From Patescibacteria group bacterium (GTDB lineage: Bacteria; Patescibacteriota; Microgenomatia; UBA1400; UBA12028), in the NCBI GenBank assembly GCA_035479015.1, contig DATIJC010000020.1, positions 4,365-68,364 on the forward strand: 64,000 nucleotides of DNA, given 5' to 3'. The position numbers were made by a program, and so were the translations under genes. Below, in pieces: positions 59,458 to 64,000 of this stretch. Under the pieces are notes generated by a model. The model saw nothing but the letters and a program-made list of their open reading frames with translations. It had not been told where the DNA came from and made no database searches. How positions within the stretch are numbered: position 1 is the first letter of the stretch; the number at the start of each line of letters is the position of its first letter.

Positions 59458-60511
59458 TTTTTAATCCCAACAATATTCCTATTCCAAATAATTCAGTTGC
59501 TAGTGCGGACCCTCCATAGGAAATGAAGGGGAGCGGTACGCCAGTAAGCGGGATCAGTGCAAACACAGACCCTAGGTTTACAATCGTTTGCGCACATATC
59601 CATGCTACTATTCCCCCACCCAGCAAAATCTCCTGTGCCCCGTCAAGATTTGACACAAATTCCGACATGCGGCGGAATAATGTTATATAGCCGATAATAA
59701 TGATACCACAGCCCAAGAAGCCAATCTCTTCGGCAATCACTGCGAAGATTGAATCCGTGGTCGCCTCTGGAATGTAGCGGTATTTTTGCAAAGATTTGCC
59801 CAAGCCTCGGCCAAACAAGCCACCGTTGCCAAGCGCCAGTGTGATCTGGTGGATGTGATAGGAACGCCCCAGTGGATCAGATTCTGGATCAAGATAGGTC
59901 TTCAACCGGTCCAGTCTATACGGCGCCACTACAATGATAATAAGTAGCGAGAAAAGGGCTGTGGCAAATAACCAAATAAAATGCCTAATTGGTTTGCCGC
60001 TCAAAAAATACATGCTGCCGGCAGTGATAGCGAGAATCAGCGCTGTTCCCAGATCAGGCTCTATTAATACGGTAATAAAGATGCCCGCCACTAATAGTAG
60101 AAAAGATAGAAATCGGCGGCTTTTTGAAAGCCAAACAGACAAGTACATAGTGAGGGCCAATTTCATCAGCTCTGAGGGCTGAATGGTAAAACCAGCGAGA
60201 CGTATCCAGCGGCGTGCACCACCGACACTTGTGCCGATATGAGGAATAAGTACGGCTAGCAGCAACACAAAAGAAAAAGAAAAAAAGAACGGTGCCATCT
60301 TAAACCAAAAACGTGTCGGGATCTTTGCGGCAACCAACATACCCATGAGACCGACTATTGACCACATGACCTGCTGGCGTAAAAAATATAATTTGTCTCC
60401 AAACTGGGTTGCAGCCTCGACAATAGAAACATCATAGACAAACAATATGCCAACTAAAACAAACAGGATGACGAGTCCGACTATTGGTGTTGTGAGAGAT
60501 TTTCTATGCAT
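59399..60511 (-). CDS. ftsW: SEDS-family FtsW (lipid II flippase/polymerase)
   Basis: SEDS blocks. Sits between murD and murG. Confidence 0.85.
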   Translation of the reverse strand: MHRKSLTTPIVGLVILFVLVGILFVYDVSIVEAATQFGDKLYFLRQQVMWSIVGLMGMLVAAKIPTRFWFKMAPFFFSFSFVLLLAVLIPHIGTSVGGARRWIRLAGFTIQPSELMKLALTMYLSVWLSKSRRFLSFLLLVAGIFITVLIEPDLGTALILAITAGSMYFLSGKPIRHFIWLFATALFSLLIIIVVAPYRLDRLKTYLDPESDPLGRSYHIHQITLALGNGGLFGRGLGKSLQKYRYIPEATTDSIFAVIAEEIGFLGCGIIIIGYITLFRRMSEFVSNLDGAQEILLGGGIVAWICAQTIVNLGSVFALIPLTGVPLPFISYGGSALATELFGIGILLGLKNEKRIYNGRAPDSRARRHR

Positions 60512-61758
60512 TGTCGGAACTGCGCGCTTCGGTCACGATAATCTATAAATATTCCAAAACTTGGGGCGCCGGCAGATAGCAATACTATTCCTTCGCCCAC
60601 CTCCTTATACGCTATTGCTACGGCCTGCTTCATTGAGTCAACATGAAAAACCTTTTGCTCAGCTTGTATCTGTTCCAGCTCATCCCCAATCCGCTTACCC
60701 GTCGATGGAAAACAGATGACAGTTTTCACGCTGGAATTTTTAATGCGCGCCGCAAGCTCGCTATAATCCTGGGCGCGTTCATGTCCGCCGACAATGAGGA
60801 CACTGACTTTGTCACCTAGAGTATCCAGCGCCGCGATCGTAGCCTGTGGGATCGTGGCGAGTGCATCATCATAAAATTCTATGCTGCCGACTGTCGCTAT
60901 TTTTTCCAGTCTTCCCGGCAATGGAGTGAAAGTTTGAGCGTGCTGCAAGACTTCTTCACGTGTGTATCCCAAAACACTTACTGCCGTTACAGCTAAATTG
61001 ATATTAGTTTGATGGACTGAAGGCGCTCTTTGCACAGTAATGATTTTTGCCCGTGAGGACACTAAGGGAATAATTGCCGGATCGTTGGGAACAACTGCAA
61101 TATCCTGCGCAGTTTGCAAGTCAAATACATGTTTCTTGGCTGCTCTATAGGCATCGTAATCTTTGTAATAATCCAAATGTTCTGGATATAGTGACGTGAA
61201 CACCGCTATGTGCACCGGCGCCGTAATGGTCTCACTTTGAAACGCTGAGAGTTCTAATACTACATGAGTGTTCACTTCGATTTGGTCAAGAATTTCAAGC
61301 ACTGGCAGGCCAATATTTCCTGCAAGGATTGCGCTCTGGCCCAAGCTGTTGAGTAAGTGCGCTATGAGAGCGCTGGTCGTACTTTTACCCTTGGTGCCCG
61401 TAACGGCGATCACCTGTTTGCCATATATTTGCGTGAACAGATCTACCTGCGAAGTAACTGTTCCCGCACGTCCATTTTTATAGTGCAGTTTCGACTGCGC
61501 TATTCCCGGGGTTTTAAAAACTACGTCAAATGGTGGGAGTAAGAATATCCCCAGAGAGTATTTTAGGTTAATGTCATTATCATGCAGATGAATAAGCGTT
61601 GGTTCCAATTTTTTGTCCTCATCAAAAATCCAGATCGGAACTTGTGGAAAGAAGTTGCGGATGAATCGATATGTACTTTGTCCCTCACGGCCAAATCCAA
61701 CGATTGCAATAGATTTTGCACTGTGTAGCCAAGATGGTAATCTTTTCAAATCAAACAT
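60481..61758 (-). CDS. murD: UDP-N-acetylmuramoylalanine-D-glutamate ligase
   Basis: IAVTGTKGKSTT P-loop and Mur ligase domains. Confidence 0.9.
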   Translation of the reverse strand: MFDLKRLPSWLHSAKSIAIVGFGREGQSTYRFIRNFFPQVPIWIFDEDKKLEPTLIHLHDNDINLKYSLGIFLLPPFDVVFKTPGIAQSKLHYKNGRAGTVTSQVDLFTQIYGKQVIAVTGTKGKSTTSALIAHLLNSLGQSAILAGNIGLPVLEILDQIEVNTHVVLELSAFQSETITAPVHIAVFTSLYPEHLDYYKDYDAYRAAKKHVFDLQTAQDIAVVPNDPAIIPLVSSRAKIITVQRAPSVHQTNINLAVTAVSVLGYTREEVLQHAQTFTPLPGRLEKIATVGSIEFYDDALATIPQATIAALDTLGDKVSVLIVGGHERAQDYSELAARIKNSSVKTVICFPSTGKRIGDELEQIQAEQKVFHVDSMKQAVAIAYKEVGEGIVLLSAGAPSFGIFIDYRDRSAQFRQCIENLSQHQ

Positions 61759-61769
61759 ATGGTTTCATC

Positions 61770-61876
61770 TTGTCATCTTGAGCATCCTGGTAATCCAGGA
61801 GGTCGAAAGATAGTTTGTGCGATTAAAACTATCCATTCGACTGCCAGGAATACCTGGCGCGCTCAGGATGACAAAC
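61770..61876. repeat. two-hairpin TTGTCAT...ATGACAA element, copy 3 (tcctgg-TAAT-ccagga at 61785-61800; gccagg-AATA-cctggc at 61844-61859)
   Basis: Terminal 14-nt inverted repeat TTGTCATCTTGAGC / GCTCAGGATGACAA with 13/14 matching. Same architecture as copies 1 and 2 but with different stems. Includes the TGA stop of the PP-loop gene. Confidence 0.55.
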
Positions 61877-63218
61877 TCCTTTTAAGTATGGTCAAAAACT
61901 GTGATGGCAATTCGTGTTCATTGGAGAATTGTTTTAAAATCATTTCTGAATTTTCACGAAGCATGCTTTCATTTTCACGGATCCATTTTTCATAGTGCGT
62001 GAAAACAAGCGGCTGGTTTTTCCCTTCGCGCTTTTTCCATCCCAGATAAGCGGCGGCTCCTGACTCTAGCACAGTTCCCACGCACTCAAATGGCTTGTAT
62101 GGCGTAAACCCAAGTAGTTCTTCCATAATGGGAATATTTTTTTCGGCGTTTAGTGGATTTTTTCCCCAAATCTTGAAGATCACGTCATCATCCACAAATG
62201 CTGAAAGCAACAATGCCACAAACACACACTTAGGACACTCTCCACACCAAGCGTTGGTTTTCTGTCCGCGATTACAGCTCTTAAATTGTCTAAAGTATTC
62301 TTTGTAATTTGAAAAAAGCTTCACTATCTGTAATTCATAGAGCGGCCGCATAAAACTAAAATATTCTGGCACACCTGCCATCGAATGCTCTACGTAGTTT
62401 TTAAAATCTTTTTCAAACTCAAACGTCTTTGAGTACTGATGATTGACTGGAATTCCTTCATATTGTGCAGTCGGCTCGTTGGCACTACCTTCGTTGGAGA
62501 GCACGATATACTTTGAACCCGCTAGATAGCCCACTAAGAGTGTTTCAAATGCAAGAACTGATGAAAACGGTGTATGGCCATTGGGATGACCAGTTCTGTT
62601 GAGCTCAAATAGATGGGGATCCAGAATCCGTTTGCCAACATAATCTTTTTCTAATTTATGAAGTTCGGCGTAGGTTTGTATGACATTTTCACTTGCACCC
62701 ACATGACCTGAGTATGTAGAAATTTTAAAATCATGTTTGCTTATTAGTTCCAGACTGACTACCGAGTCTTTGCCACCACCGACTGGAACAAGCACACTCG
62801 ATTCGTCTAAAGAGCCGTTAAATTTCACGGAGGTATCTTCATGGCTTTGACTCACGATTTCAGTTTGAAAAGGTTTGAAATGATTCATGAAGAAAAATTC
62901 ACCCATGCCAAAGAAAAACAATTTCTGCCAAAATTTTGTTTGTTCACTATCGAGTTTCCCAGCTTTGATCACGATCTTTGGCGAACAAAAAGCTTTCCAA
63001 TATGATGGGATCTCAGCCATGCCAATATGAAAGGCTAGTCGTTTAATTGCCTCCTTGTTTTCATCGGCAACTTTGGCATTCTCTAGGATGTATTTAGAGA
63101 CAAAACTTTGCTCTCCACATGAGAAGTAAAACCTCAGCTCCAGATCAGCCCCAAAATCTACTTCCGTCTTTTCAAACACGAACTCGGGATACGTAGTTTG
63201 TAGATCATCAAGATTCAT
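61863..63218 (-). CDS. PP-loop superfamily ATP pyrophosphatase-like protein (SGGKDS) with a C-terminal CGECPKC motif; function unknown
   Basis: VPVGGGKDSVVSLELI PP-loop at about residue 145. CxxCxxC near residue 330. Confidence 0.55.
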   Translation of the reverse strand: MNLDDLQTTYPEFVFEKTEVDFGADLELRFYFSCGEQSFVSKYILENAKVADENKEAIKRLAFHIGMAEIPSYWKAFCSPKIVIKAGKLDSEQTKFWQKLFFFGMGEFFFMNHFKPFQTEIVSQSHEDTSVKFNGSLDESSVLVPVGGGKDSVVSLELISKHDFKISTYSGHVGASENVIQTYAELHKLEKDYVGKRILDPHLFELNRTGHPNGHTPFSSVLAFETLLVGYLAGSKYIVLSNEGSANEPTAQYEGIPVNHQYSKTFEFEKDFKNYVEHSMAGVPEYFSFMRPLYELQIVKLFSNYKEYFRQFKSCNRGQKTNAWCGECPKCVFVALLLSAFVDDDVIFKIWGKNPLNAEKNIPIMEELLGFTPYKPFECVGTVLESGAAAYLGWKKREGKNQPLVFTHYEKWIRENESMLRENSEMILKQFSNEHELPSQFLTILKRSLSS

Positions 63219-63654
63219 TCTTACCTTCCGAAGAAATTACTTTTGCCGGGGCGGGCTTGAGTTCCGTATAACGCCACCATTTTGGAACAAATTTAAGCAA
63301 TACGCTATCAGCAAGATCCTTATACTTTTCCGATCCTTTAAATTTCTCACTATATACTCTCCAGGCTTCATCCAACTGATCTTCTTTAGTAAGTATCCGT
63401 ACCTCACCTTCCATTTGTAGTGTCACCCACTCCTCTTCACTAAACCCAATGACGAGGGATGCTGGGGTGCTCCCGCTATTTATAAGCTTCTGATTTTTAC
63501 GGCTCTCTTTATCTGTCATGAAGATAAAATAGAAGGATGAAAATGATGCGCTATAGTGCAGGGTGCTACTGTGTGGAGTTCCATCCAACAACATAGTAGT
63601 CAGCACACTTATTCGGTGCTTGGTGACAAAATCAATAATTTTTTTATCCCTCAT
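63208..63654 (-). CDS. pyridoxamine 5'-phosphate oxidase-like FMN-binding split-barrel protein
   Basis: N-terminal ISVLTTMLLDGTPHSSTLHY pattern typical of the PNPOx-like family. Confidence 0.55.
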   Translation of the reverse strand: MRDKKIIDFVTKHRISVLTTMLLDGTPHSSTLHYSASFSSFYFIFMTDKESRKNQKLINSGSTPASLVIGFSEEEWVTLQMEGEVRILTKEDQLDEAWRVYSEKFKGSEKYKDLADSVLLKFVPKWWRYTELKPAPAKVISSEGKNES

Positions 63655-63666
63655 ACCCGGTCCTCT

Positions 63667-64000
63667 CTATATCAGAGATATCCACAGTCCAATAATGGTC
63701 AATATGATACCAGCAAGCCAGGCACGTGCAACAATCTTGGGTTCTTCCCAGCCAATGTACTGTAAGTACAAGTGAAATGGAGCGACGGGATATAACTTCT
63801 TCTTACGGATCGCCTTCGACAGTAGCTGTGTGCCGCTGGTAAAGATCTCTACAAAGAATAACCCACCGATGACTACTAAACCGCCAACTTTGCCAAGCAG
63901 CAGCCCGACTACTGCGAGAGTTGCGCCAAATGAGAGCGCCCCCACATCACCCAGCCAGATACGGGCCGGGTGCACATTAAAGTACAGGAATGCAATGAGT
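63667..64000 (-). CDS. mraY: phospho-N-acetylmuramoyl-pentapeptide transferase, C-terminal part (gene continues past window end)
   Basis: APFHLYLQYIGWEEPKIVARAW matches the MraY C-terminal block PIHHHFEL.GW.E..VV.RFW. Confidence 0.8.
   Translation of the reverse strand, partial: LIAFLYFNVHPARIWLGDVGALSFGATLAVVGLLLGKVGGLVVIGGLFFVEIFTSGTQLLSKAIRKKKLYPVAPFHLYLQYIGWEEPKIVARAWLAGIILTIIGLWISLI

Overview
This 64 kb window looks like a small-genome, low-GC bacterium that uses the standard code (TGA is a stop here). Most genes lie on the minus strand.

Conserved content on the minus strand:
- An F1Fo ATP synthase operon (atpB-E-F-H-A, with the start of atpG running off the window edge).
- rplS, a purine phosphoribosyltransferase, pyrG and dnaE.
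- gatC-gatA-gatB, htpX and lemA.
- The t6A genes tsaD and a tsaC-tsaE fusion, ileS, rpmA and rplU.
- A division and cell-wall cluster: ftsZ, ftsA, ftsQ, murG, ftsW, murD and the 3' end of mraY.

Conserved content on the plus strand:
- A sensor kinase and response regulator module.
- Six tRNAs in the window, both strands: Lys-TTT, Glu-TTC, Asp-GTC, Gly-CCC, Thr-CGT, Val-CAC.
- dusB, lepB, and parB (the last on the minus strand, convergent with lepB).

Accessory content:
- A surface-glycan island at 32.1-40.3 kb: a Wzy-like ligase, two GT2 and one GT4 glycosyltransferases, a GT39/ArnT-like transferase, a Wzx flippase and a secreted protein with a C39-like peptidase domain.
- Two tandem secreted paralogs with a DNRLRE/CBM96-like motif.
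- A 1013-aa orphan acidic protein.

The most unusual signal is a family of short elements bounded by TGTCAT/ATGACA, each made of two hairpins with GTAG/CTAC-type tetraloops. Three ~100 bp doublet copies sit in intergenic spots of minus-strand operons (atpA|atpG, prt|rplS, PP-loop|murD). A fourth locus has the same left-type and right-type hairpins flanking a small GIY-YIG nuclease gene next to ileS. This is reminiscent of a REP/RAYT-like or MITE-like system with a GIY-YIG partner.

Other oddities:
- atpH is split into two translationally coupled ORFs.
- A 30-nt GC palindrome is shared in-frame by tsaD and tsaC/tsaE.
- (GGATTTT)n heptamer arrays sit inside both gatA and ileS.

No rRNA, CRISPR array, integrase or transposase was seen. 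All calls rest on reading the sequence and on recalled family motifs; I could not run any database search.
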